A DNA stretch of 64,000 nt from an uncultured Chlamydiae bacterium (GCA_963730605.1 CAVSSM010000001.1:192001-256000); one strand, 5' to 3'; shown: positions 41,411-52,052, counted from the stretch's first letter. Numbers and translations: made by a program. The notes: a model not told the origin generated them from the letters alone.

Positions 41411-42842
41411 GGAACCCTCCGCCAAGCTCCCTGATGAGGTCGATCTCGGCAAGCTGGGTCCCATATTCCACGGCAGCTAAGATCAACTGTTTTTGAAAGA
41501 CCGTGTCTTCTGCCTTCAAAGTATCGGTATATGCGGCCACAGCCCCTAAATAGCGGCGCATGACGATCGCTTCTTGAGAAAGGGCAATATTGAGCGATGT
41601 TTTCCTTGTTTCAATCTCTTGAAGAAGTTTTGAGATTTTCGTTAGGCTGTCGGCGATTTCCTTGGCCGCTTGCAAAATCAATTCGTTATACGAATAGACA
41701 GCTTGATTAAAGATGGAAAGTTTTTCATAAAGCTGCGCCCGGATCCTTCCAGCGGTAAAAATCGGCAGATGGAGCGCGGGCAAAGCAGCTACATTCCAGC
41801 TATTTCCAGTGAAAAGCTTTGACCAAAACACGCTTTCCGTCCCAACGATAGCCCGCAAATTGATGTTCGGATAAAAATCGGTCTTTGCCGCATCCACCTC
41901 TTTGCCTGCCGCCTCTAAGCGTCTTCTCAAGGCGATCAAGTCGGGCCTTCTCGCAATCAAATCCAACCCGAGAGTATCAGGCAAGCCCAGCCTAAGCGGT
42001 TTCAGGCTGACCTTTCGAACTTCCAAATTTTCATCTTGCTGCATGCCGGCGAGCGCCTTCAGCTTGTGGATATGTCCGGCTATATCGATCTCCAACTCTT
42101 GGATTTCAGCCTCTATATCCAATGTGTCCGAGTCCGCCGCAAGCGGTTCGAAGGATGTGTCGAGAGCCCCATTCAGCCGCCGAACCGTAACCATAGCAAC
42201 CGATTGCCGGTTCTTCTTCCGAGCCGCGAGGATCTCTTTTTTCTTCAATAAAAATTGCAATTCGAAATAGGTGTAGGCGATCGAGGTGGTCATGATCAGT
42301 TCGGCCTGCATCGCTTCGGCCGCGCTCGCTGCCGCCTCCCCTAAAGCCGCATTCATCAAATCCCGATTTTTTCCCCAGAAGTCGAATTCGTAACTAAATG
42401 ATAGGCCGACGTAAAAATCGTTGACGACCGCTGGAATCGTTGGGGCGTAGGCCCGAAAAAAGCCATCTTTACTTAAATGGACCCATAAATCGACTGCGTC
42501 AAGATCGAGTTCGGGATATAGAGCCGCTTGTTTTTGCAAAGCCACTTGAGAGGCGGCCTTCAGTCGCTCACGGGCAAAAGCCAAGGTTGGGCTAGAGCGG
42601 ATGCCCCGCTCGATCAAGCCGGTCAAGACAAGGTCATCGAACCGCTCCCACCATTTTTGCTCGACCCACTCCCCTGCTTCAAAGCTTCCCTCCCGGATCG
42701 CTTCCTCTGCCGCTCTCGAAACGCTAAGCCAAGTTTCGGGCATGGCCTGTTCCGACTCCGGGATCCGGACACACCCGCAAAAGAGAAATAAACAAAGGAA
42801 AAAACAATCCCTGATTCTCAATGGCCACCTAATTTGGCTCAT
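41403..42842 (-). CDS. Outer-membrane efflux lipoprotein (TolC/NodT family)
   Basis: Lipobox-like FCGC, WWERFDD, YEFDFWGK, RRPDL, LPIFTAGR, LGGG. Confidence 0.9.
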   Translation of the reverse strand: MSQIRWPLRIRDCFFLCLFLFCGCVRIPESEQAMPETWLSVSRAAEEAIREGSFEAGEWVEQKWWERFDDLVLTGLIERGIRSSPTLAFARERLKAASQVALQKQAALYPELDLDAVDLWVHLSKDGFFRAYAPTIPAVVNDFYVGLSFSYEFDFWGKNRDLMNAALGEAAASAAEAMQAELIMTTSIAYTYFELQFLLKKKEILAARKKNRQSVAMVTVRRLNGALDTSFEPLAADSDTLDIEAEIQELEIDIAGHIHKLKALAGMQQDENLEVRKVSLKPLRLGLPDTLGLDLIARRPDLIALRRRLEAAGKEVDAAKTDFYPNINLRAIVGTESVFWSKLFTGNSWNVAALPALHLPIFTAGRIRAQLYEKLSIFNQAVYSYNELILQAAKEIADSLTKISKLLQEIETRKTSLNIALSQEAIVMRRYLGAVAAYTDTLKAEDTVFQKQLILAAVEYGTQLAEIDLIRELGGGFHE

Positions 42843-42872
42843 AAAAGAATCTAGGCTTAAATAAAAGCTTCT

Positions 42873-44804
42873 CTACAAAAATTTAGAGAAGAGGCGCGCG
42901 ATGTCTTGATAAGTGATATAGATGAAAAAGGCGATCAGGAGCCCGATAAAGGGAAGAACAAGCCTTTCCATTGTTTTGGAGCGCAAAGGGCGTTTTCTCA
43001 CCATTTCGAGGAGAGAGAACATGATATGCCCGCCATCGAGCACCGGAATTGGAAGGAGGTTGACGATCCCTAGGTTGAGGCTGATGATTCCCATCCAGAA
43101 GAGAGCTTCCTTCATCCCCACCATCCAGCTCTGATGGACGACATGGACGATCCCGACAGGACCGCTCATGTACTTGGGATTGAGCATCCCGGAAAAAAGG
43201 CCCGTCAGCGTGCGCCACGTATCGACCACCACAGCTTTGAATTGCTGAATCGGATTCGGATTGTAGATCACTTCCCGGTCCCTCATGGAAAGGCCTAAGA
43301 CCAGCCGCTTCTGCGCACTTTCGAGCTGCTTGAGGGCCGCGCTCCTTTTTGCAGGATCTCGGATCGACTCGATCTCTTTTTTGGTCGCCGCCAGTTCTTT
43401 AGAAAGAGCCGCTTGCTGCTCGGCCCCTAGAAATAATTCGCTTTTGGATTTAGGGACGATCGGCTTCAAAAGATAGAGAGAGCCGTCATGATCGATCTGC
43501 CTCTCCGTCCCAATCGATGCGATGATCGAAGAGAGATCCTTGCGGTTGAAATTTTCAAATTGCCCATCAGCCCGGATCCATAGGGTTTTTTCAATGGAAG
43601 CAGGGTCTCTTTCCACAACAACGAGAACGTGCCTGGTTTGAAGAGCCTGCAGAAGTTCGTGGGAAAATTGGAGAGCCTTTCCATCCACGGCGATGACCCT
43701 GTCGCCTTCTTCAAGAGGAGTGAAATAGGTGCATCTTTGGCATTTTTGGAAGGCGGCCGCTTGCTCTCCCGGATCCAAAAAGTCGATCCGGTTTTCTACG
43801 ACATTTTGCGGAGAAAGGTTGTACGGAATGAAATAGAGATCTTGCAGCTTTCCTCTTAAGCCCGCTTCATACTGCCAATCGCCCACTTCGGCCCGTTCTG
43901 GAGAACTCATTTTGAGATCTTTCAATTGGATGCGGGGCACTTTTGTTTGGAAGATTCGATCCCCTCTTTGGACTGTTAAAAATGCTGTCGACTGGTTCGT
44001 GAGGGTGCTGAGCTGCTGGACGGAAAAGACCAATTCCCCATCGACCCAAAGGACTCGATCTCCCGTCTCAATCCCACTCCCTTCGATGGGAGATCCGGAA
44101 AAATCGAACCCGCGGCCGTCATAAATCAAATACTGGGCGGGAGAGAAAACGCCAATGGTATTGAGCTTATCTTGAGTCATTTGAGGGTTTTCATAGGTCT
44201 TCAACGTATAATCGAAATCGGTCCTTTTCCCTGAAAGGGCATCGATTTTATAGCCTTCGATTCTCATGGTCTTGTCATCCATGAGAGAAGCGACGAGAAG
44301 ATCCTTGAATCCATGGAACGGACGGTTGTCGTATCTTTCGATGACATCGCCGGGGCGCACTCCAAGGTTGTACAAGGCGGAATGCGGATCGACCCAACCG
44401 ATGCGGCTCGTGAATTCAGAAAACTGCTTGGATCTTCCCCCTGTCGCCCAAAGAAAGGTAAAGACCGCAAATGCGAAAACGATGTTGACCCCTGGACCAG
44501 CCAGAGCTACTTTGATCCGCTGCCAGGGTTTCTTGGCATAGAACCCGTCCGAAATTTCATAAGGCTCGCGGCTTCCTTCCGGCTGCATGCCGGCGATCCG
44601 CACGTAGCCGCCGAAAGGGAGGATGCAGATCATCCACTTGACCCCATCCCGCACCCAAGTGTAGATCGGCTTGCCGAAACCGATCGAAAAAGCAATGACT
44701 CGCATCCCTTCCCTGCGGGCAATCCAATAATGGCCGAGCTCATGGATGAAAACGAGAAAACCTAATCCCAAGATAGCAAGAAGAGCGTATAATATACTTT
44801 CCAT
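42873..44804 (-). CDS. rseP: RIP metalloprotease RseP (PDZ-containing)
   Basis: IHELGH, AGPGVN, NLLPIPVLDGGH. Confidence 0.92.
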   Translation of the reverse strand: MESILYALLAILGLGFLVFIHELGHYWIARREGMRVIAFSIGFGKPIYTWVRDGVKWMICILPFGGYVRIAGMQPEGSREPYEISDGFYAKKPWQRIKVALAGPGVNIVFAFAVFTFLWATGGRSKQFSEFTSRIGWVDPHSALYNLGVRPGDVIERYDNRPFHGFKDLLVASLMDDKTMRIEGYKIDALSGKRTDFDYTLKTYENPQMTQDKLNTIGVFSPAQYLIYDGRGFDFSGSPIEGSGIETGDRVLWVDGELVFSVQQLSTLTNQSTAFLTVQRGDRIFQTKVPRIQLKDLKMSSPERAEVGDWQYEAGLRGKLQDLYFIPYNLSPQNVVENRIDFLDPGEQAAAFQKCQRCTYFTPLEEGDRVIAVDGKALQFSHELLQALQTRHVLVVVERDPASIEKTLWIRADGQFENFNRKDLSSIIASIGTERQIDHDGSLYLLKPIVPKSKSELFLGAEQQAALSKELAATKKEIESIRDPAKRSAALKQLESAQKRLVLGLSMRDREVIYNPNPIQQFKAVVVDTWRTLTGLFSGMLNPKYMSGPVGIVHVVHQSWMVGMKEALFWMGIISLNLGIVNLLPIPVLDGGHIMFSLLEMVRKRPLRSKTMERLVLPFIGLLIAFFIYITYQDIARLFSKFL

Positions 44805-44858
44805 CGAACCTCGTCCTGGTCGAGGCGCCAGCGCTAGGGGCTGCTCCAACTGGCTGCC

Positions 44859-46004
44859 CTAGCTTGCCGCCGCAAGTTGCCTAGCAATGCTGTCGACCTC
44901 AAGAATTGCCTCCAAGGTTAACATATTCTGAGGTAGGTGTGAAGAGATTAATTTGTCGAGCTTCTCGCCAATTGCAATCCAAGGAATCTTTCCTTGGATG
45001 AACTTCTCGACTAAAACTTCGTTGGCCGCATTGAGAAAACAAGGATAGCTCTTCCCCGCCTTCAGCGCATTAAGAGCGAGCTGCATGCAAGGAAATCTTT
45101 TGTTATCAGGGGGATGAAATGTCAGGGTGCCATTTTTCAAAAAATCGTAAGGTTTCAGCATCCCGGTTTTCCTTGCAGGATAGGTCAGTGCGTATTGGAT
45201 CGGGAGGACCATATCGGGCTCGGCGATCTGGGCCAAAAGGGAGCCGTCTACGAATTCTACGCAGCTATGGAGCAGGCTTTGAGGGTGGATCACCGCATGA
45301 ATCCGCTCAGGTTCGATATCGAAGAGAAACCGCGCCTCGATCATTTCAAGGCCTTTATTCATGAGGGTCGTGCAATCGACGGTCACTTTTGCGCCCATGT
45401 GCCAAGTGGGGTGGGCCAGGGCATCTTGGACGGTCACCTTTTTCAGCTCTTCGGCCGTTTTGTCGCGCAAAGCTCCCCCTGAAGCGGTCAGAATAAGGCG
45501 GCGGACTGCCGATTTTTCTTGGCCTCGCAAACATTGATGCAGCGCGCAGTGCTCGCTATCGACAGGAATCAATTCGGTTCCTTTCTGTTTGGCCAGAACG
45601 CTGATCCACTCTCCTCCGCAAACGAGAATTTCCTTATTGGCAAGACCGATCTGTTTACGAGCCTCTATGGCAGCAACCGCAGGGAGCAAACCGGCGCTTC
45701 CGGTCATAGCGAGCATCGTAAAGTCGGCCCCCTCAAAAGAAGCTGCCGCAATGAGGCCTTCCATACCAGGGATAACGGGAATATGGGGAAGCCTTTTTTG
45801 GAGCAGGAGGGCTTGACCCTCATCGTAAACAGCGATGAGTTTTGGGTGAAATTCCAAGGCTTGGTGATAAAGAGCGTCGATGTTGGATTTAGCGGCCAGC
45901 GTCGCGATTTCGAGATCCTCCGGCAGATGGCGCACGACGCGGAGGGTGCTTTTGCCGATAGATCCGGTGCTTCCGAGCAAGGCTATCCGTTTTCTTTTAC
46001 GCAT
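44859..46004 (-). CDS. dxr: 1-deoxy-D-xylulose-5-phosphate reductoisomerase
   Basis: LGSTGSIG, LANKE, PVDSEH, HPTWHMG, NKGLE, NAANE. Confidence 0.96.
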   Translation of the reverse strand: MRKRKRIALLGSTGSIGKSTLRVVRHLPEDLEIATLAAKSNIDALYHQALEFHPKLIAVYDEGQALLLQKRLPHIPVIPGMEGLIAAASFEGADFTMLAMTGSAGLLPAVAAIEARKQIGLANKEILVCGGEWISVLAKQKGTELIPVDSEHCALHQCLRGQEKSAVRRLILTASGGALRDKTAEELKKVTVQDALAHPTWHMGAKVTVDCTTLMNKGLEMIEARFLFDIEPERIHAVIHPQSLLHSCVEFVDGSLLAQIAEPDMVLPIQYALTYPARKTGMLKPYDFLKNGTLTFHPPDNKRFPCMQLALNALKAGKSYPCFLNAANEVLVEKFIQGKIPWIAIGEKLDKLISSHLPQNMLTLEAILEVDSIARQLAAAS

Positions 46005-46897
46005 GCTGGCACTTTACCATGCCCCAGCGCCGATCTCAATAAAAAACCTTTGCGCATCAGGACTATCTCTTTTATTTTCTATTGAAAATCAATGACTTGT
46101 GATTACAAAAAAGGGTGACATTTCTAAAAAACGGAAAGGGGATATTTCAATAAAACGCTTACAGACCAGTTAAATTTGTTGACAAAAATATTTTAAATGT
46201 TTATAATTATCATAAAATTTTTTTTAAAACTAATGTAGGGACTTATGTCAATATGGATAAGAAACCAGGATTCAATGGGGTATTGCAAATTGGTGACCGG
46301 GTTTGTAGGAGGAGCAGGTCTTGCGGTCGCTTATCAAATAGGAGCGATTGGGCCGGCTCTCACTGCCATCGGAGCGATCGGTTGTTTGTGGGCCATTGCC
46401 TCAAGCAGAAACACATCAGGGGAAAGAGATTTGATTAACAACAGGACCGTTTCAAATAATTGCGAGCAAATTGCTGCCCAAGCACCCAGTCTTACAGCGA
46501 TTCCCCCTGCTCTCGAAAAAACGGACGATTCTTTCACACACTCTCTCCCCGAAGCCCCGGGAGAAGGAATTGTTGATCCATCAGCAATTGATTATGCAAT
46601 CGGATTTCATTACGTAGTGAAACGAGAGGGTAATATTATTGCGGATATCATCGGAACTTGTCATGGAGATGAAGTAAAAAATACTCGGCTCAATCCAACA
46701 ATAGAACAAGCTGTAAAACGAGCCAATAAGGTAGCGTTGGAGGCGCCTTTTTGTATAAATGAGAGAGCGGCATTGAGCAAAGTCGCGACGATGTGGGATA
46801 ATTATAACAAGGAATATCTGGATTTTCATCAGAAAAATTTTGATGAGAATAAAATAATTATCTATCCTGAATTGAAAGAAATGTCTCGAAAAGAATT

Positions 46898-48140
46898 CAG
46901 GGCGAGCGCATCAAAAAAACAGCATTTTTCTAGTCCGTACCTCCCTACTTTATTGACTGTTGAGTAAAAATTTTACGATCATAGACGCCTTTTTCAGGAG
47001 GCACTATGATTCAAGCAACCAACATTAGCATTTACATCGAGATGATTCCCGATCCACGAACCTGTCGGTTGGACCACGACTTCGTTGGTATTGTGACGAT
47101 TGCGTTACTGGCCAAGATTTGTGGCGCTGAGGGATGGGAAGATATGGAGGAATTTGGGTTAAGCCGTATCGATTGGCTCCAATCCTTCCTCGAGTTACGA
47201 GCTGGTATCCCATCACCAGACACCTTTCGGCGGGTTATTTGCCACATTGATCCGACCGCATTTCTAGAGGCATTCTTGGAATGGATTAAAGCGGTACAGA
47301 ACATCGTTCCTGAATTGATAAATATAGATGGGAAGACTCTCCGATCTGCGTCAAAACGAGGAGAACACTCCCTCCATATTGTCTCTGCCTGGTGTGATAA
47401 AAACCATATGGTTTTGGGACACCTTCGCAATGATTCCAAGTCCAATGAGGTCAAGGCGATCCCCGAGTTGCTCAAGCAACTGGTGTTGCCGGAAGGTAGC
47501 ATCGTCACGATAGACGCAGCAGGCACACAGAAAAATATCGCCAGTCAGATACGCGATATGGGAGCGGATTATGTATTAGCCCTGAAGGCAAATCAACCCA
47601 CCCTTCAGGATGAAGTGGCGAATTATTTCGACCAGGCAGCAGAGGCCGGAGATGAATATGCACCGTTGAACATTTTTCAAACGGAGGAGAGAGGTCATGG
47701 ACGAATGGAGTTCAGAAAGATTTATGCGACGGATGATTTGGACTGGTTGCCTCAGAAGAACGAGTGGGTGGGCCTACGGTCTATCATCAAATTAGACTCG
47801 GTGAGATGGGCAGAGGGCAAAAGACAACAGGAAATCAAGTATTACATCAGCAGTTTACCACCCGAAGCGGAAACCCTCTCTCGTGTGATTAGAGGGCATT
47901 GGAGCATTGAGAGCAGATGTCATTGGGTATTGGATGTGGTATTCGCCGAAGATCGCAATCCGATAGTAGAAGGGCACGCTCCAGAAAATCTGAGGGCTGT
48001 GAACTTGTTAGCGGCAAAAATGTTGAAAGAGGAAAAATCGTGTAGAAAGGGCATTAGAGCCAAACGGTTTAAGGCGGCGCTTGATAATGACTACCTACAC
48101 AGGGTGTTGCTGGCCGCTAACTTTTGATGCGCTCGCCCTG
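46898..48140 (+). mobile_element. ISAs1-family insertion sequence
   Basis: Perfect 19-bp TIR CAGGGCGAGCGCATCAAAA; 9-bp TSD AAAAGAATT. Confidence 0.93.
47006..48127 (+). CDS. ISAs1-family transposase
   Basis: IDGKTLR, KSNE, TIDA, DYVLALKANQ, HWSIE..HWVLDVVFAED. Confidence 0.95.
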   Translation: MIQATNISIYIEMIPDPRTCRLDHDFVGIVTIALLAKICGAEGWEDMEEFGLSRIDWLQSFLELRAGIPSPDTFRRVICHIDPTAFLEAFLEWIKAVQNIVPELINIDGKTLRSASKRGEHSLHIVSAWCDKNHMVLGHLRNDSKSNEVKAIPELLKQLVLPEGSIVTIDAAGTQKNIASQIRDMGADYVLALKANQPTLQDEVANYFDQAAEAGDEYAPLNIFQTEERGHGRMEFRKIYATDDLDWLPQKNEWVGLRSIIKLDSVRWAEGKRQQEIKYYISSLPPEAETLSRVIRGHWSIESRCHWVLDVVFAEDRNPIVEGHAPENLRAVNLLAAKMLKEEKSCRKGIRAKRFKAALDNDYLHRVLLAANF

Positions 48141-48184
48141 AAAAGAATTGGATATAGATTCACGAAACGGAACGGAAAGTCTTA

Positions 48185-49301
48185 TACCGCTCGTGATTCA
48201 AAATTTTGATGCGTGAAAATTTCCCTTGACTGCACAATGGCTGCGTGAATTTTTTAACCGACTCAGAACGACAGGAACTCAAACTCCGGCACCGGGGGGA
48301 CCGCGATGGGCGGGTGCGTGATCGAATAAAGGCTGTTCTCCTCTATGATGAGGGGTGGGCTCCCAAAGACATTGCCAGGGTTCTGTTGATTTCTGACGAA
48401 GCAGTTCGTCACCATGTTGACGCATACAAAACGTCGAAAAAATTGCGCCCCGAAAGCGGCGGCTCCGAGGAGAAACTATCCCAAACGCAGTCCGAGCAAC
48501 TTGAGGCTCATCTTCAAGAACACACGTACCTTTACGTCAAGGATATCGTCGCATATGTAGAAGTGACTTTCGGTATTGTCTATACCGTCCACGGATTGAG
48601 GGATTGGCTGCGAAGACACGGATTTTCCTACAAAAAACCCGCCGTTGTACCCGGGAAAGCCAACAAAGAGCAGCAACAAAAGTGGCTCGCCGGATACGAG
48701 AAACTCAAGGCAGAACTCCTCGAGGATGAGACTATCTGCTTTATTGACGGCGTTCATCCAACGCACAATGTGCAGCCTGCTTATGGGTGGATCAAAAAAG
48801 GCGTGCGTAAAGAGATCCCAGCAAACACAGGACGTGCCAGGCTCAATCTTTCAGGGAGCATCGATGTCATCACCCACAGTGTGGTAATCCAAGAAGACGA
48901 GACTTTAAACGCAGAATCGATAATCCGGTTTTTCCAAAAGATCGAAGAATTTTACCCGAGTAAACGAAAGATCCATGTATTTTGCGATAATGCACCGTAC
49001 TATCGGAATAGGGCTGTGAGGCAGTACCTAGAAACGGCAAAAGTTTGTTTGCACTTTTTACCGCCCTATAGCCCCAATCTAAACCCGATAGAACGACTGT
49101 GGAAATGGATGAAGGAGCGGGTAGTTTACAATACTTATTACGAGTACTTTGAAGACTTTAGAGGAGCGATTCTTGGTTTTTTCGCTGTATTGGCGACTGT
49201 GACCGCGGAGTCAACTTTAGGCCGGGATTTAAGAAGCCGGGTTAGGGATAAATTTAGTCCCTTTCAGGCACCTGCTGCCAAGTTTTGAATTTCCTTGGGT
49301 A
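48185..49301 (+). mobile_element. IS630-family insertion sequence
   Basis: Imperfect TIR TACCGCTCGTGATTCAAAA / TTTTGAATTTCCTTGGGTA; TA duplication. Confidence 0.9.
48245..49288 (+). CDS. IS630-family transposase
   Basis: FIDGVHP, CDNAPYY, LPPYSPNLNPIERLW. Confidence 0.95.
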   Translation: MNFLTDSERQELKLRHRGDRDGRVRDRIKAVLLYDEGWAPKDIARVLLISDEAVRHHVDAYKTSKKLRPESGGSEEKLSQTQSEQLEAHLQEHTYLYVKDIVAYVEVTFGIVYTVHGLRDWLRRHGFSYKKPAVVPGKANKEQQQKWLAGYEKLKAELLEDETICFIDGVHPTHNVQPAYGWIKKGVRKEIPANTGRARLNLSGSIDVITHSVVIQEDETLNAESIIRFFQKIEEFYPSKRKIHVFCDNAPYYRNRAVRQYLETAKVCLHFLPPYSPNLNPIERLWKWMKERVVYNTYYEYFEDFRGAILGFFAVLATVTAESTLGRDLRSRVRDKFSPFQAPAAKF

Positions 49302-49523
49302 TACATCACGCCAAATTAATCTTCAAACTACTCCAGTAATTCCGCTGGAAACTATTGAAGAAAATGGAAGAACATTTTTTTACGGAGGATGCGATAACTC
49401 TATTATGAGAGATCATGAATGTAAAGGTCGTATTTCCAAGAGAGAACGGTTCGCGCTGTTCCCTTGCTGCGAAACGCGACACAGGATGAGCGGGTGTTAA
49501 TCGCTGTTGGATGTAGCCATCTA

Positions 49524-49684
49524 TACCGCGCCCGCTCATCTTGAGTGAATTTTGTTGAGCATCTTTTTTGCTCCAGCGCATTGCTCGATCTCGTTAACAT
49601 TGTGCAAGTTGGACTCGATCTCCGCAATGCTACTGGAGCCAAAAATCTGCTGTCAAAATTCACACAACCTAAGCGGGCGCGGTA
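49524..49684. mobile_element. MITE-B copy 3 (161 bp, inverted)
   Basis: TACCGCGCCCGCT ... AGCGGGCGCGGTA with TA duplication; nearly identical to copy 2. Confidence 0.9.
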
Positions 49685-49716
49685 TATTTGGAAAAAATGA
49701 AATGATCTCCCTTTTG

Positions 49717-50691
49717 TCAGAATCTTTGGGCTCCCAATATTCGATAGAAAAAGCATAGAAACTTGGGAATTGAAATTTTCGAAACAATCCCCGCCACATA
49801 AAACAAACCGATGACGCAGACGACGATACCTCCTGTGGAAAGAGGCATCCCGAATGCGCTCAGCGAGTAGCGGGAAAGGGCCACTCCAATCGCGGAAGCC
49901 AAGACGCCTAAGGCGGGGCTGAGCCACAAAAGGCGGGACAAGCGGTGGCTAAAGAGTCGCGCCGTCAGAAATGGTCCCGTGAGAAATGCCAAAACAAGCA
50001 AGACCCCGACCGCCCGGAAGGCTCCCACACAGACGGCGGACGAGAGGAATAAGAGCAAATAATGGAAAAAAGAGGAAGAGACGCCGAGGGTCGAGGCGTA
50101 TTGGCGATCAAAAGCAGAGATTTTGAATTGCCTGTAAAATACCATAAACACAGCAAGATTCAAAATGGCAAGCAACGAGGCGAATTTGAAATCGCCGCTT
50201 TGAAGAGCGTCTGCGTTTCCCATGATGGCTTCGACGCCCAGATGGACATCCCTCGTATAGAGAGTAACCAAAAGGATTCCCAGGGCAAATAGCGCAGAGA
50301 AGACAAGGCCGACGCTTGCATCTTCAGATAAACGAAATAGCCGGGTAAGCCCTTCGGTAATGGCAGCAGTGAGAAAGGCGGCAACGAGGCTGCCGAGCAT
50401 TAAGGTTGACGGGGAAAACATCTCGCCTCCCCAAGCCCTCGCCGCGAAAAGGAACGCCAAGACGATGCCGACGAGAATCGTATGAGAAAGGGAATTGGCG
50501 AACATCGTCATCCGCTTCAAGACAAGGAACGGACCGAGAAGGCCGCATGAAAGAGCCACCGCCGAAAGCACCGCCAGTTGTATCTCATCGGAGGCAGGCG
50601 TCACTTCCACTCCGGATAAAAATTCGGCCGCCCTTGAAAAAAGGATCCCGAAAAACTCAAAAAAACCGCTGTTCCAATAGGGATTATTCAT
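49717..50691 (-). CDS. ytgD: Metal ABC transporter permease (YtgD/TroD)
   Basis: ANSLSHTILVG, EDASVGLVF, AFRAVGVLLV. Confidence 0.88.
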   Translation of the reverse strand: MNNPYWNSGFFEFFGILFSRAAEFLSGVEVTPASDEIQLAVLSAVALSCGLLGPFLVLKRMTMFANSLSHTILVGIVLAFLFAARAWGGEMFSPSTLMLGSLVAAFLTAAITEGLTRLFRLSEDASVGLVFSALFALGILLVTLYTRDVHLGVEAIMGNADALQSGDFKFASLLAILNLAVFMVFYRQFKISAFDRQYASTLGVSSSFFHYLLLFLSSAVCVGAFRAVGVLLVLAFLTGPFLTARLFSHRLSRLLWLSPALGVLASAIGVALSRYSLSAFGMPLSTGGIVVCVIGLFYVAGIVSKISIPKFLCFFYRILGAQRF

Positions 50692-52006
50692 AGAACGCCC
50701 TTGCGGGAATGGGTTGGCTATGCGGGTCGACTTTGGGATTCGCAAGAAGCCGGGTTAGCCTCTCCTCGATATCGGGAGTCAAAATGTGCTCCATCTCCTC
50801 GGCATGCAGATGAATTTTTTCGTTGGAAAAGCCAAGTTCGCTGGCCAAATAAAGCTCCCAGAGGCGGTGGAGACGGACGATAGAGGCCGCCTTCCGGCGG
50901 CCATCTGGGGTGAGGGTGTACCTTTTCGATTCTTGCTTGTCGATCCATCCGCCCTGTTTTAAACGCCAGAGGATCCCCCGAAGAGTCAAGAGAGAAATCC
51001 GGTGGATTTTTTGCAGTTCTTCCAAAGAAAAGGAATCTTTTTTCCACATCGCTTTCAAAACATTTTCTTTTAAGCACCGGAAGCGGAAAGCTGCGATCCT
51101 GCAAATGCGGAAAATCCATCCTCTTTTCGGAGCAAAAAATAAGGAAAGCAATGCGACAGAGGCTCCCGCCAAGATGATGGAAGGGCCGGTTGGAAGGGTC
51201 AGCCGCTCCCCTTCTTTGGAAAGGGCGATTGTTCCCAGAACGGAGATGATGTTTCCCGCAAGGCCGCTCAACGCCCCGAAAAGTGCGGAAAGACAAAAAA
51301 ACCAATGGAGGCGATCGGTGAATTGCCGCGCCGCGACCGCAGGGGCGATCGCCATTCCCGATATCAATACGATCCCGACGCTGCGCATCCCCAAGATGAG
51401 AGAAAGAAGGAAAAGCCAGAAAATGGCCCGCTCGATCCCTCGGACAGGCAGGCCTGAGATCTTTGCGTAATCCGCATCGAACAGGACGGCTTGAAGACGG
51501 CGGTACCCGAAAATGAGAAACAAAACGACCGCGGAGGTCAGAGTTGCATAAAGAACAATGTGGAAGTCGGACATTGTCGCGGCTTGGCCGAACATAAGCG
51601 TCTGTACCTTATTGCGCCAAGAAGGAAGAACCGATTGCATGGCGCTCGCGGCCACCGTTCCGATTCCAAAAAAAAGGGCTAATACGAACGCGAGCGCCGC
51701 ATCGGAGCGGACTTTTCCTTTTTTCTCCATCCAGTCGATAGCTCTGAAGCCTAGATATGAAGTGGCAAACGCCCCTCCCAGTACGCCGAAAAAAGCGCTC
51801 TCGCCATATTCGGGGAAAAGGAGGGCAAACAGGCTCACTCCTACGACGATCCCCGGATATGAGGCATGGGAAAGAGACTCTCCGAGAAGACACCGCCGCT
51901 TCAACATCAAGACAGCCCCCATTAAGGAAGAAGCGATGCACATGAAAAGAGTGCCCCAAGTCGGTCCGCGTAAAACAGGATCGGTGAAAAATTCGAAGAG
52001 GCTCAT
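50684..52006 (-). CDS. ytgC: Metal ABC permease fused to a C-terminal DtxR-like repressor (YtgCR)
   Basis: ESLSHASYPG permease domain plus LTPDG..VRLHRLWELYL..AEEMEH..DPHSQPIP. Confidence 0.9.
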   Translation of the reverse strand: MSLFEFFTDPVLRGPTWGTLFMCIASSLMGAVLMLKRRCLLGESLSHASYPGIVVGVSLFALLFPEYGESAFFGVLGGAFATSYLGFRAIDWMEKKGKVRSDAALAFVLALFFGIGTVAASAMQSVLPSWRNKVQTLMFGQAATMSDFHIVLYATLTSAVVLFLIFGYRRLQAVLFDADYAKISGLPVRGIERAIFWLFLLSLILGMRSVGIVLISGMAIAPAVAARQFTDRLHWFFCLSALFGALSGLAGNIISVLGTIALSKEGERLTLPTGPSIILAGASVALLSLFFAPKRGWIFRICRIAAFRFRCLKENVLKAMWKKDSFSLEELQKIHRISLLTLRGILWRLKQGGWIDKQESKRYTLTPDGRRKAASIVRLHRLWELYLASELGFSNEKIHLHAEEMEHILTPDIEERLTRLLANPKVDPHSQPIPARAFYE

Positions 52007-52052
52007 GAGTCTATCCGCAAAGTAGGGAAAAGATACGCATTTGCGGATAGGC

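Larger units (their letters stand above)
46245..49758 (+). pseudogene. TraB/GumN-family gene interrupted by ISAs1, IS630 and MITE-B
   Basis: IIGTCH..VALEA, then after removing the inserts GTESLTSRQ..PLETIEEN and VLIAVGCSHLY..ISLL. Confidence 0.72.
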
